Positions 38,594 to 48,167 of a stretch of DNA of 63,556 nucleotides are shown here, piece by piece. Within the stretch, counting starts at the first letter, position 1. Each line of letters opens with the position of its first letter. The notes under the pieces were generated by a model. The model did not search any database. It had not been told where the DNA came from and saw nothing but the letters and a program-made list of their open reading frames with translations. The stretch spans positions 1-63,556 of the forward strand of contig JANNWY010000176.1 of the NCBI GenBank assembly GCA_031409335.1. Direction: 5' to 3'. Both the position numbers and the translations under genes were made by a program. This DNA comes from Chthoniobacteraceae bacterium. GTDB lineage: Bacteria > Verrucomicrobiota > Verrucomicrobiia > Chthoniobacterales > Chthoniobacteraceae.

Positions 38594-39667
38594 TCAAGGC
38601 GCCACTTTCAGAATGCGGTCGCTGCCACTGTCGGTGATCACCAGTGATCCGTCGGGCGCGATCGTGATGCCGTGCGGGCGCGAAAGTTCACCAGCGAGTG
38701 GATCGCCGCCGAGGCCCGCGGTGCCGCGTTTTCCGGTGCCCGCGACGCGCGTGATTTTGCCGTCCTTCGGCGAGTAGCGGCGGATCACGTGATTCTCCGC
38801 GTCGGCGATGAGAACGCTGCCGTCGCGGTCGAGCGCGATGTATTTTGGCCCGTTCAAAGTGGCCTCAATCGCCGGGCCGCCATCGCCGCTCAAGCCTTGC
38901 TTCCCGCTTCCAGCGACCGTGCGGATTTTCCCAGTCGCATCCACAAAACGCAGCGCGTGTCCGCTGCGTTCGAGGATGAAAAACGAACCGTCCGCGAAAG
39001 CCGCGACCGCGCGTGGATCGGCGAGCGGCGCATCCGCCGCGAGCGCGCCATCAGTCGGGATGCCGCCCTTTCCATTGCCCGCGACGGTCGTGATGACGCC
39101 GCTCGCGAGATCGATCCGGCGCACGCGTTTATTGCCGATGTCGGCGACGAGCAAATGCGTCCGCGCGGGATCGAGCGCGATCTGGATCGGCGTGTCGAAC
39201 TGCGCATCGAGCGCGGGACCGCCATCGCCGCGAAAGCCCTTCACGCCATTCCCGGAAAGCTTGCTCACGATTCCGGTCCGCGCGTCGATTTTGCGGATCG
39301 CGTGATTGAACGAATCCGCGATCAGCAAATCGCCGTTCGCGAGCACGACGAAGTTGTGAATGCCGTTGAACGTCGCCTCCGTCGCCGCTCCGCCATCGCC
39401 AGTGAATCCCTTCACCCCAGTCCCCGCGATCACGCGCAGCACGCCGCTCTTGTCGATTTTCAAAATGCGATTCCCGCCCGTCATCTCCGCGATCAGCATT
39501 TCGCCGGATGGCGAAAACTCGACGCCGAACGGCTCCCGCAGCCTGCATTCCAAAGCCGGCGCGTCCTTCTCCGCAGCACCACCGCCCGCGATGAGCATCA
39601 TCTTCTCCGCCCGCAACGGAACCAGCGCGATCCAGCAAAGAAAAATCGAAAGTGGGAACAGCTTCAT
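38594..39667 (-). CDS. Secreted NHL-repeat protein
   Basis: Repeated AGTG..GF.GDGG.A..A....P...IAD..N..IR units; signal peptide. Confidence 0.92.
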   Translation of the reverse strand: MKLFPLSIFLCWIALVPLRAEKMMLIAGGGAAEKDAPALECRLREPFGVEFSPSGEMLIAEMTGGNRILKIDKSGVLRVIAGTGVKGFTGDGGAATEATFNGIHNFVVLANGDLLIADSFNHAIRKIDARTGIVSKLSGNGVKGFRGDGGPALDAQFDTPIQIALDPARTHLLVADIGNKRVRRIDLASGVITTVAGNGKGGIPTDGALAADAPLADPRAVAAFADGSFFILERSGHALRFVDATGKIRTVAGSGKQGLSGDGGPAIEATLNGPKYIALDRDGSVLIADAENHVIRRYSPKDGKITRVAGTGKRGTAGLGGDPLAGELSRPHGITIAPDGSLVITDSGSDRILKVAP

Positions 39668-39706
39668 GCGCTGAACTACAAACGAAACACCCGCCGCGCA
39701 TCAATC

Positions 39707-42034
39707 CTACAACGCCTTCACACGAATCCACGTCTCCGCCCGCGCGCCCGTCGCCGGATCGCGGACCTCGATGCGATGCTCGCCTTCGACGATTTCCGCG
39801 CGTCCATCCGCGCAGCGTAGCGTCGCACTTTCCCACACGAATGCCCGGCCACCCGCCGCCACGAGCGGCACCGCGCGCGAAGTCGGCACATCGGGATCGA
39901 GTAGAAAAGTGGAACCCGGCAGCGGCGCGACGATGCGCAGCGTGGCGCGCGCCGCTTCATCTGCGGTCGCGCGTGTCGGCAGTGAATTCTCCGCGCTCGC
40001 GAGCCAGTTATCATATTCCGCGCCGAGCTTCACTTTGCCGGTCGCGTCGTAGTCGGCGGCAGATTCCATTTCGGGAAGTTTGGTCGCGAGAAACTTTTCG
40101 CGCACGCCATCCGGGCGCGCGCTTGCGAGCAATTTTCCCGTGAGCGGATGCACGTCGCGTTCGATGATCGACGCGGGCCGTTCGTACCAGCTCGTCCCGC
40201 GCTGCACGTGCAGATGCTCGAAGATCGCGTGCAAAATCGGCCCCGCCCCGCTCACCCCCGAAACATCCCGCATCGGCGAACCATCGAAGTTTCCCACCCA
40301 AACACCGACCGTAAATTCCGGTGTAAATCCCATCGCCCAATTGTCGCGAAAGTCCGTGCTCGTCCCCGTCTTGCACGCCACCGGAAATTCAAACCGCAAA
40401 GCCGATGTCGCCCCGAATGCGAGCATCCGCGCCGAGTTATCCGCGAGCATATCCGCGATGAGCCATGCGCATTCCTTTGAATGTTGAACGTTGAAAGTTG
40501 AACGTTGGACGTTGAGCGCCGCAGGCACCTCCGCCACTCGCCACGGCCTCCATTCCCCGCCACGCGCAATCGCCGCGTACGCATTCGTCAGCTCCAGCAG
40601 CCGCACCTCCGCATTCCCAATCGTCAGCCCGAGTCCGTATTCCTCCGATGGTCGATCCAGCGTCGTCATTCCCCAAGCGCGCAGCCGCTCCGCCAGCACC
40701 GGCGCACCGCCGATGGATGCCAGCACGCGCACCGCCGGGATGTTCAGGGAATTCCCCAGCGCCTGCCGATACGACACCGGACCGTAGCAGCGATGGTTGT
40801 AATTCTCGGGCCGGTAAACGCCCGTCGAAGTCGCAAAAAGCGCGGGCACATCTGCGATGATCGTCGCGGGAGTGGCGCCGCGTTCGAGCGCGAGCAGGTA
40901 GGTAAAAGGCTTGATCGTCGAGCCCGCCGAGCGCCGTGCCCACGCGCCGTTCACTTGTCCCATGCCAGGCGCGAAATAATCCTCCGACCCGACCAGCGCG
41001 AGCACATCGCCGCTCGCATTGTCGATCACCACCGCCGCACTGTTGCGCGCATTCTGCGCGCGCAATTGCACGAGCCGATCGCACACGGTTTTCTCGACGA
41101 AGCGATTCAAATCGAGATCGAGCGTCGTGAAAGTAGCGCAGCCGCCCCGGCTGCCGGTCAGTCCAGCGGGCGCCCCGCCGGTTCGTGCAACCGAGGCGGT
41201 CGCAAGACTGGTCGGCAGCCGGGGCGGCTGCGCTACTTCCCGCAGCACGAGATCCACGAAATGCGGCGCGCGAAACACACGGCGCTGCGGCAGCAGCCGT
41301 AGCGGCTCGAAGAAGGCGCGCTCGTCTGCGAGCCAGCCTGCAGCCTGCATCCGCCGCAGCACCGTCTGCTGCCGCCGCTGTGCCGCGCCAGGCGCGATGT
41401 GCGGATTCAGTTTGCGCGGATTTTTCGGCAGCCCCGCGAGAAATGCCGCCTCCGCGTCGCTCAAATCCGCCAGCGGTTTTCCAAAATAGTAATTCGCCGC
41501 GCTCGCGATGCCGATGTTCAGATTCCCAAAATCCAGCCGGTTCGCGTAAGCCTCGAAAACTCGTTCCTTCGTCCAAACTTGATTCAGCCGCAGCGCCGTC
41601 ACGGCTTCGATCACCTTCGTCCGCACCGTGCGCGGACGCGGCTGCGCGAGCTTCACGAGCTGCTGCGTGATCGTCGATGCGCCCGAGGTGACGCGCCCGC
41701 GGCGCGCGCCCGTCCACGCCGCGCGCGCCGTCGCGAGGACATCCACGCCGGAGTGGCGGAAGAAGCGTTTATCCTCCGCCGCGAGCAGCGCCTGCACGAC
41801 ATGCACGGGCACTTCATCGAACCGCACTTCGCGACTGAACCGCTCGTCCACACGTACCTCGCGGAGCGTTTGTCCGTGACGGTCGAGCAGCTCGCGGCTC
41901 TGTACCGGCGGGTGATCCAATGCGGTTGGAATCCGCACGAGCTTGAGCGTAAACCATGCGGAGACGGCGAGCGCGAGAAGCGCGAGAACGATGCGGCGAC
42001 GGATGAAGCGCGATTGGTAGCTCAACCGTTTCAT
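39707..42034 (-). CDS. pbpC: Penicillin-binding protein 1C
   Basis: EDKRFFRHSGVD, GASTITQQ, GSTIKPF, SLN, KTGT; coupled to the alpha-2-macroglobulin gene. Confidence 0.95.
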   Translation of the reverse strand: MKRLSYQSRFIRRRIVLALLALAVSAWFTLKLVRIPTALDHPPVQSRELLDRHGQTLREVRVDERFSREVRFDEVPVHVVQALLAAEDKRFFRHSGVDVLATARAAWTGARRGRVTSGASTITQQLVKLAQPRPRTVRTKVIEAVTALRLNQVWTKERVFEAYANRLDFGNLNIGIASAANYYFGKPLADLSDAEAAFLAGLPKNPRKLNPHIAPGAAQRRQQTVLRRMQAAGWLADERAFFEPLRLLPQRRVFRAPHFVDLVLREVAQPPRLPTSLATASVARTGGAPAGLTGSRGGCATFTTLDLDLNRFVEKTVCDRLVQLRAQNARNSAAVVIDNASGDVLALVGSEDYFAPGMGQVNGAWARRSAGSTIKPFTYLLALERGATPATIIADVPALFATSTGVYRPENYNHRCYGPVSYRQALGNSLNIPAVRVLASIGGAPVLAERLRAWGMTTLDRPSEEYGLGLTIGNAEVRLLELTNAYAAIARGGEWRPWRVAEVPAALNVQRSTFNVQHSKECAWLIADMLADNSARMLAFGATSALRFEFPVACKTGTSTDFRDNWAMGFTPEFTVGVWVGNFDGSPMRDVSGVSGAGPILHAIFEHLHVQRGTSWYERPASIIERDVHPLTGKLLASARPDGVREKFLATKLPEMESAADYDATGKVKLGAEYDNWLASAENSLPTRATADEAARATLRIVAPLPGSTFLLDPDVPTSRAVPLVAAGGRAFVWESATLRCADGRAEIVEGEHRIEVRDPATGARAETWIRVKAL
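40477..40518. repeat. In-frame heptamer tandem repeat (TTGAACG x6 = 42 bp) inside pbpC
   Basis: ttgaatg ttgaacg ttgaaag ttgaacg ttggacg ttgagcg; encodes ALNVQRSTFNVQHSK. Confidence 0.85.
41131..41238. repeat. In-frame GTAG-type REP doublet inside pbpC
   Basis: 33-bp inverted arms aagtagcgcagccgccccggctgccggtcagtc / gactggtcggcagccggggcggctgcgctactt. Confidence 0.9.
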
Positions 42035-45000
42035 TTCAACGGCAGACTAACGAGTTGCGTCGTTGCCGTGATCCCGCAGCGCTCGGGATGATACATCTCC
42101 TCGATCTTCGCCGCCGGCGCGGTCGCCGAGCCCGCCGCGCACACCCGCGCGAGATAGCGGATCGTGTAGTGGCCCGGCGCGATGTGATTCGCGAAGAACA
42201 GCGCGCGGTCTTCGCGCAGCTCGTGATAATCGCTCATCCAGTCGCGCGTCAGCCGCTCACCGGCCATCTCCTGCGATTTGAACCCGGGATTCACCGCCTC
42301 CAAAATCGACGGCAGCGGATCATCGACCGCGATGTATCCCGCCTCCTGGCGCACCTCGATGTCGAGCATCACCAGCACGCGATCGCCCACGCGCGCATCC
42401 TTGAATTCGCCGAGCGAACCGTCGTCCGCGATCTTTCGATATTCGCGGCGAATCGCGTAGCCGCGATCCTGCGCGGGCTGCGCGATCAGCTTGGGACGGG
42501 CTTCCACGGTCACTTCGGTAAAAAGGTTGCCGCGCCCTGGATTCGCGAGCCGTAGCGGCGCGAGCGCGTCTTTCGCGGCGATGGAAAACGTCACGCCCGC
42601 CATCTGCGGCTTGCTGCTCAGATCGAAGTTTGCCGTCTGCGCGCCCCAGGTGAGCGAGCCGGTGAGCGCGCGATGCGAGGACTCGGTGCGCTTCGCGTAA
42701 TCGGCGAGCGCGAGCAGCGACCAGGCGTTGCCCTGCGTCGTCGTCCAATGCCCGCCGCGCCGCGCGCCGAGCAATTCGCTCACGAGCGCATCGACGCCCG
42801 GCGCGTTCGGTTCCGCGCGACCCCACGCGAGCAGGCGCACCGCCATCGTCCGCGCGCGGCTGCCGAAATAGGAATCGAACGCGCGCTCATCGCCGCGCAC
42901 TTCGAGCAGCGTCGCGATCATTTCTTTTCCGCCGCCGCTTTCGGCGATGGCGAGCGCGAGTAGCGCACGATTCTCGGCGGAAAGAGCGGCGCGCTTTTTG
43001 AAAAGCAATTCGTGATACGCTGGCTCTCCGCGACCCGCGACCGCGAGTGCATACACCGCGAGGCAGCGATCCGACGGCCCGCCGCTTGCGTAGTGCTGAT
43101 CGAATCCATCGCCGCCCGTCCCGCGCAGTTGCGCGCTCAGGTATTTCATCAGCCGGTCGAATTCTTCGTCGGGCACCGCGAATCCTTTCTGGCGCGCAAT
43201 CGCCAGCCCGAGCCCGCCGTACGCGCTGCCCCAAAACAGCGGCTCACTTTCGCCCGGCCAGTACGAAAGCCCGCCGGAATCCGTCTGCATTTTCAACAGC
43301 CGATCGACGCCGTGATTCACCGCCGCCGCGATTTCCTCGTCCGTCTTTTGCAACTCCGGCAGCGCCTCGCGCATGTCGCGCAGCGTCATCCACGGCAGCG
43401 TGCTCGAAGTCGTCTGCTCGACGCAGCCGTATGGGTAATGCAGCAGCTCGCGCAACGACTCGCGCAGTTCGAGCAGCCGCGAATTCGACACACTCACGCG
43501 CACCGTGCCGCTGCCTTCGAGAAGCTGCGGGTCGATGCCATCGAGCAGCGTCGTTTCCGCATCGCTCGTGTGCGCGGCGCGCACTTCGCGCAGCAGCGGC
43601 GCGGGATAGCCGACGTTCAATTCCGTCTGCACAGAATCGCGAAACGCCGTGGGAGCATCCGCGGAAACGAAGCGCGCGGTCCATTTCCACACGGCCTTTC
43701 CGACGGCGGTGAAGGACACTGGAAAATCAATCGCCGTCGAGCCGCGCGCGGCGAGCGAGACGCGGCGCGTTTTGCCTTCGACGTTCGCGGTGTCGTCGAG
43801 TTCGAGCGCGACTTCGGCATCGCCGGAAAAGTCCGTCGTGTTGTGCAGCACCGCGCTCAGCAGCAGCGCATCACCGACGTTCGCGAAGCGCGGCATCGCC
43901 GGTTCGAGCATCAGCGGCTTGTTCACCTCGAAGGCCGATTGCGCGCTGCCAAATTGATCGCGCAGGGTCTGCACGACGGCGATCACGCGATAGCGCGTGA
44001 GGCTGTCCGGCGCGAGGAACGCGACCTCGACGCGGCCTGCGTCATCGGTCCGTAACGAGCCATTCCAAAATGCGCACGCGAGAAAATTCTTCCGAATCGA
44101 AACACCGTCCTCGCCGCCATCGCCGATGAGATAGCCTTTGTTTCCAAAGCGCCGCTCTTCCGCATCCTCGCTGAGCAGCGACGGCAGTGTGAGCCCGGTC
44201 GTGACCGCGAGCGCGCGTTCGCGGCTGAAGAATTCCAGCGGATTCGGCGTCTCGTAACCCATCAGGCTCAGCACGCCTTCATCGACCGCGTAGAGCGTCA
44301 CATCCGCGCCCGCGACCGGCTGCCCGGCGAAGTCCAGGACTTGCGCGGCGACCGTCACCTGCTCGCCAGGGCGATACGCTTTCGCATCCGGCTGCACGCG
44401 CACTTGCAGCCGCGAATCGGGCCGCGCGACTTTCAGTTCGCAGTAGCCAAGGCGGTATTCCGGCTTCGGCGATTTGCGCGGGCTCTTGTCCGCGCCGCGC
44501 AGCATCATCACCGACACAAAGACATTTGGCGCATCGAGATCGACGAGCGGGATCTGCACGCTCGGCGCGTTACCATGCAGCTTCGTCACAAACGAACGCA
44601 GCACCTTCTCGCGCTCGATGGTGACGAGCGCTTCGCCCGCGATCGGCGTTTTCACCAGCAGCGTCGCGACCTGGCCCGCGAGGTATTCGTCTTTGTCCGG
44701 CACGAGTTCGATTTCGTACGGGTTGCGATAATTCCACGTCGTCTCGGTCGCGCCATAAACGTGCAGGCTGAGCGTCGTCAGCACGTCGCGTCCGCCCGCA
44801 TCCTTCGCCACCGCCTCGAGCAAATACTGCCCAGGCTTGCTGGCAAGTAGGGCAGGCGCCCCGCCTGCCAAAAGTCCCGCGAGCGCCCCGCCCGCAGTTC
44901 CGGGTTGTGCGGGCGAGGCACCCGTAGGACTTTTGACAGCCGAGGCGGCTGTCCTACTTGCGACCAGCGTGAAGCGCGGCTCGCTGCGGTACTCGTCGCT

Positions 45001-47715
45001 GTGGCCTGCGCCTTCGATGCGATTCGTCTGCCAGCCGATGCGCGTCAGCCGCAGCGTCACGCTCACTGGTTCGGGCATCGGCGTGCCGTCCGTGCGGATC
45101 GCCACGATCTCGACAGGCAGCGCCTCGCCCTCGCGCACCACGGCCTGCGGACGCCGGACGCCAAGATAAAAATCCGATGCATGAATCGTAACAGCTGATG
45201 CCTCCGAAACCGTCTGCTGATTGAGATCCGTGATTTCGCACAGCACGCGCGCGGTGCGCGGCTGCGGCGCCTTCGCGTTGATCGGAATCGTTGCCGCGAT
45301 CGTTGCGAGACCCTCCGCATCGAGTTCCGCCTTGCCCTGCTGCGCAAAATGCCCCGCGCGATTCAGCGCCTGTTCGAGCCGGTAGTTCGCGATGTTGCTG
45401 CAAAATGCGAACTCGCCAAAACCCGCGGGCGCGAATCCCTCGTCACCCGCCTCGATCGACCAGTTCAGATGCGCCGACGAAAGCGATTTCCCCATGAAGT
45501 ATTTCGCAGTCACCGGCAGTTCGAGCGCGGTTTCGCCGACCGCGTTCCTCGGTCCGCCGATACTGATTTCAAAGGCATTCGGGCGATATTCCTGCACCTC
45601 GAATTCATGCGTCGCCGCCGCTTCCGCCTCCGCCTTTTCGCCCGCGTAGGCAAGCTCCACGCGGTAAGTGCCGAGCACGCCGGCGGGCAGTTTGATGTCC
45701 TCGGTGATCGCGCCCGCGTCGGAGAGTTTCGTGGTTTTCGTGAAAAACGCGCGGCCTCGCGAATCGTGCGCGGTGAGCCGCACTTCGACGCCCGCCGGGA
45801 TGCGCGCGTGGCCGTCGCGCCAGTCGCGCGCGATGGCTTTGAGATGCAGCGTCTCGCCGGGTTTGTACACTGGCCGTTCGCTGAAAAGAAACGTGGGCCG
45901 GTCGCGATCCGCGTCCTCTTCCTCCTCGTTGAAATGCGTGCGCACGCGCAGCCGCGAAGGTCGGATGTCGCCTTCGCCACTCGCGACATCTACGAGATGC
46001 CGGTCGCCCGCGGATTCCACGTAGAGCCACGTTTCATCCGCCATCTCCGACAGCCGCGCGAATCCGCTCTTATCGGTCTGCGCCTCCGCGAACACCGATC
46101 CGTCCATTTTCACGACCTGCAATTTTGCACCCGCGACCGGCTCCGCCGACGACAGCGAGAAGACATGCACGAAGCACTCGTCCGCCGAGCGTTTCCACAC
46201 CACGCCCAGATCGGTCAGTTGCACGAGCGCCTGCGCGCCGGGCCGTTTGCCATCGCCGGTCTGTTCGGCAGTCAGCAGCACCACACCGCTCTTTTTCGCA
46301 CCGAGGATTTCATTCCAATCGAGCATCAGCGGCTGCTGCTCGTCGATCGCCGTCGTGCCGCCGATCTCGCGCTGCCAGATGACCTGGCCGGGAATGCTGT
46401 CTGGATCGACCTTCGCGAAGCCGCCATCGTCGTTGCCGCGCCGGGAATCGTAGCTGAGATACTTTTGATAAGGACCGAGCGCGAGCGCGACGGTGTCGTT
46501 TGGAAAAAGTTTCGCGCTCACTTTCAAACGCGGGACATTGATCGCGAGTAGATGGAATTTGCGCCTCCCGGTCGTGAGTTGATGCGTGTTGAATTCCTCG
46601 AAGTAGAGCCGCGGCGCGATCTGTTTGAATTCCACTTTCTTCTCAAATCGACTCGCGAGCACAAACGGCTGTGCCGACGGCAACCCCGCATCGGCCTCAA
46701 CGCGGTAATTTGTATCGAGCACGAAATCGCCGCTGAGCACGACGCGCGTTTCGCTGACCGTCGCGACGAACTTCTCCGGCGTCGGTTCGAGCCGAATCCA
46801 GCGTGCGAGATTCTCCGCCGTGATTTCTTTCGCGAGCGGCTTTGAAAACGTGAGTTCGATCCGGCGTTGGTTGTTGATGACATTGCTCGCCTCCGCGCTC
46901 ACCAACTCGAACGCGCGCACATTTCCGATCGGGATTTCCGTGCCGTCGATCAACGAAACGCCGCCCTCCAACGCGGGCAGCCCCACCGCCACGATCAGCC
47001 TCCAGCCTTCGCCCGCGGGCAGTGGATGCGCCGGAGTCACCGTCACCAGATTCCCGCGCGTTTCCGTCGCAAGCCCCGTGTCGTTCGATTTTGCAGCGAA
47101 GCGTTCGGCCCAGGTGTGGAGCGTGCGGTCGCTGCTTTTCCACGTCGGGAAATAGTCCGGCTCGTTTGTGGAGCCATTCGCCCGCGCGACCCGCGCCGCC
47201 ATTTCCAGCCCAGACTTGTCCATGAATTTACAAAAGCGTCCCGCCGCGTCGGGTTCGACGTTCACATTGAAAAGCAGCGCAACCTTCGGCTGCGCCGTGG
47301 CGTCGTGTTGCGAAAGATTCCCCGCCGAGTGCGAGCCCTTGAGTTGCATGGGCGGCGTCCGCACCGTCTCGCGAAAATCGGCGTCGAGCAGCGTGCCATC
47401 CGCTTTCACCAAGCCGGGCGAGAGCGCGAGTTGCAGCGTCATCGCGAGCGGCAGCGCCTCCATCGGCGCGAACACGCCGCTGCGTTCGCTCAACCAGGTG
47501 AAGCGCCCCTTCACCGCGGGGCGGAAAAAGACCGGCGGCGTCTCAGCCTGCTTCCCCACTTGATCCCCGGCGATCATCGCCTCGGCAAAACGAATCTCGA
47601 AAGTCGTGGTCGGTTCGAGCTGTCGCGAACTGAGGATGAGTTCGACCGGCTTCGCCGCGAACGTAGTGAAGCCGAGCGCGGCGGTGAGTGTGACGAGAAG
47701 GAGGCGCAGTTTCAT
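42031..47715 (-). CDS. Bacterial alpha-2-macroglobulin family protein
   Basis: ERPVYKPGE, VQEYRP, AVDEGVL, PDSLTRY, PRFANVGD, thioester motif YPYGCVEQ, EEMYHPE. Confidence 0.96.
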   Translation of the reverse strand: MKLRLLLVTLTAALGFTTFAAKPVELILSSRQLEPTTTFEIRFAEAMIAGDQVGKQAETPPVFFRPAVKGRFTWLSERSGVFAPMEALPLAMTLQLALSPGLVKADGTLLDADFRETVRTPPMQLKGSHSAGNLSQHDATAQPKVALLFNVNVEPDAAGRFCKFMDKSGLEMAARVARANGSTNEPDYFPTWKSSDRTLHTWAERFAAKSNDTGLATETRGNLVTVTPAHPLPAGEGWRLIVAVGLPALEGGVSLIDGTEIPIGNVRAFELVSAEASNVINNQRRIELTFSKPLAKEITAENLARWIRLEPTPEKFVATVSETRVVLSGDFVLDTNYRVEADAGLPSAQPFVLASRFEKKVEFKQIAPRLYFEEFNTHQLTTGRRKFHLLAINVPRLKVSAKLFPNDTVALALGPYQKYLSYDSRRGNDDGGFAKVDPDSIPGQVIWQREIGGTTAIDEQQPLMLDWNEILGAKKSGVVLLTAEQTGDGKRPGAQALVQLTDLGVVWKRSADECFVHVFSLSSAEPVAGAKLQVVKMDGSVFAEAQTDKSGFARLSEMADETWLYVESAGDRHLVDVASGEGDIRPSRLRVRTHFNEEEEDADRDRPTFLFSERPVYKPGETLHLKAIARDWRDGHARIPAGVEVRLTAHDSRGRAFFTKTTKLSDAGAITEDIKLPAGVLGTYRVELAYAGEKAEAEAAATHEFEVQEYRPNAFEISIGGPRNAVGETALELPVTAKYFMGKSLSSAHLNWSIEAGDEGFAPAGFGEFAFCSNIANYRLEQALNRAGHFAQQGKAELDAEGLATIAATIPINAKAPQPRTARVLCEITDLNQQTVSEASAVTIHASDFYLGVRRPQAVVREGEALPVEIVAIRTDGTPMPEPVSVTLRLTRIGWQTNRIEGAGHSDEYRSEPRFTLVASRTAASAVKSPTGASPAQPGTAGGALAGLLAGGAPALLASKPGQYLLEAVAKDAGGRDVLTTLSLHVYGATETTWNYRNPYEIELVPDKDEYLAGQVATLLVKTPIAGEALVTIEREKVLRSFVTKLHGNAPSVQIPLVDLDAPNVFVSVMMLRGADKSPRKSPKPEYRLGYCELKVARPDSRLQVRVQPDAKAYRPGEQVTVAAQVLDFAGQPVAGADVTLYAVDEGVLSLMGYETPNPLEFFSRERALAVTTGLTLPSLLSEDAEERRFGNKGYLIGDGGEDGVSIRKNFLACAFWNGSLRTDDAGRVEVAFLAPDSLTRYRVIAVVQTLRDQFGSAQSAFEVNKPLMLEPAMPRFANVGDALLLSAVLHNTTDFSGDAEVALELDDTANVEGKTRRVSLAARGSTAIDFPVSFTAVGKAVWKWTARFVSADAPTAFRDSVQTELNVGYPAPLLREVRAAHTSDAETTLLDGIDPQLLEGSGTVRVSVSNSRLLELRESLRELLHYPYGCVEQTTSSTLPWMTLRDMREALPELQKTDEEIAAAVNHGVDRLLKMQTDSGGLSYWPGESEPLFWGSAYGGLGLAIARQKGFAVPDEEFDRLMKYLSAQLRGTGGDGFDQHYASGGPSDRCLAVYALAVAGRGEPAYHELLFKKRAALSAENRALLALAIAESGGGKEMIATLLEVRGDERAFDSYFGSRARTMAVRLLAWGRAEPNAPGVDALVSELLGARRGGHWTTTQGNAWSLLALADYAKRTESSHRALTGSLTWGAQTANFDLSSKPQMAGVTFSIAAKDALAPLRLANPGRGNLFTEVTVEARPKLIAQPAQDRGYAIRREYRKIADDGSLGEFKDARVGDRVLVMLDIEVRQEAGYIAVDDPLPSILEAVNPGFKSQEMAGERLTRDWMSDYHELREDRALFFANHIAPGHYTIRYLARVCAAGSATAPAAKIEEMYHPERCGITATTQLVSLPLK
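44843..44961. repeat. In-frame GTAG-type REP doublet inside the alpha-2-macroglobulin gene
   Basis: gcaagtagggcaggcgccccgcctgccaaaagtcc / ggacttttgacagccgaggcggctgtcctacttgc. Confidence 0.9.
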
Positions 47716-47818
47716 AAAGATGGTTGAGTTTCACCGCTGAATACGGAGCCCCGCGCGCGATCTTTCAAAAATCGCTAAAAATCCCGCGCGCCCCCTGCGA
47801 CGAACGCGCGTGGCGCAA

Positions 47819-47899
47819 TTCCGGGTAGCACCCTCGTCCCGAGGGTTGGTTTCGGCGGGACGCCGAAACCAACGCTCGGGACGAGCGTGCTACCCGGAA
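47819..47899. repeat. Intergenic GTAG-type REP doublet, same family as 26062-26229, spacer-less form
   Basis: ttccgggtagcaccctcgtcccgagggttggtttcggcg GGA cgccgaaaccaacgctcgggacgagcgtgctacccggaa. Confidence 0.9.
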
Positions 47900-47964
47900 G
47901 CCACCACGCGCCGAAACGCAAATGGCGCGTTGGCAAACGGCGCGCGCGAAACTATCCTCCGATC

Positions 47965-48156
47965 ATGCCCGACTGGCCTACTGAAACCATTACCGATCAA
48001 GACCCGCGCTATCGCGAGCTACTCGCGCAGGAGGCGAAGGCGCGCGTGTGGTTTTGGGCATCGGATATGGCAAAGGCGGAGATGGCAGCGCTCGGAAAAG
48101 CGGATTGTCCGCGCCCGGAATGGCGGTTGGCGAAGCCCATTCTTCGCGAACGCTAG
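47965..48156 (+). CDS. Small hypothetical protein (possible antitoxin/partner)
   Basis: 63 aa ORF from ATG 47965, ending 11 bp before the nucleotidyltransferase-like gene. Confidence 0.5.
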   Translation: MPDWPTETITDQDPRYRELLAQEAKARVWFWASDMAKAEMAALGKADCPRPEWRLAKPILRER

Positions 48157-48167
48157 AAGGTTTTTCG

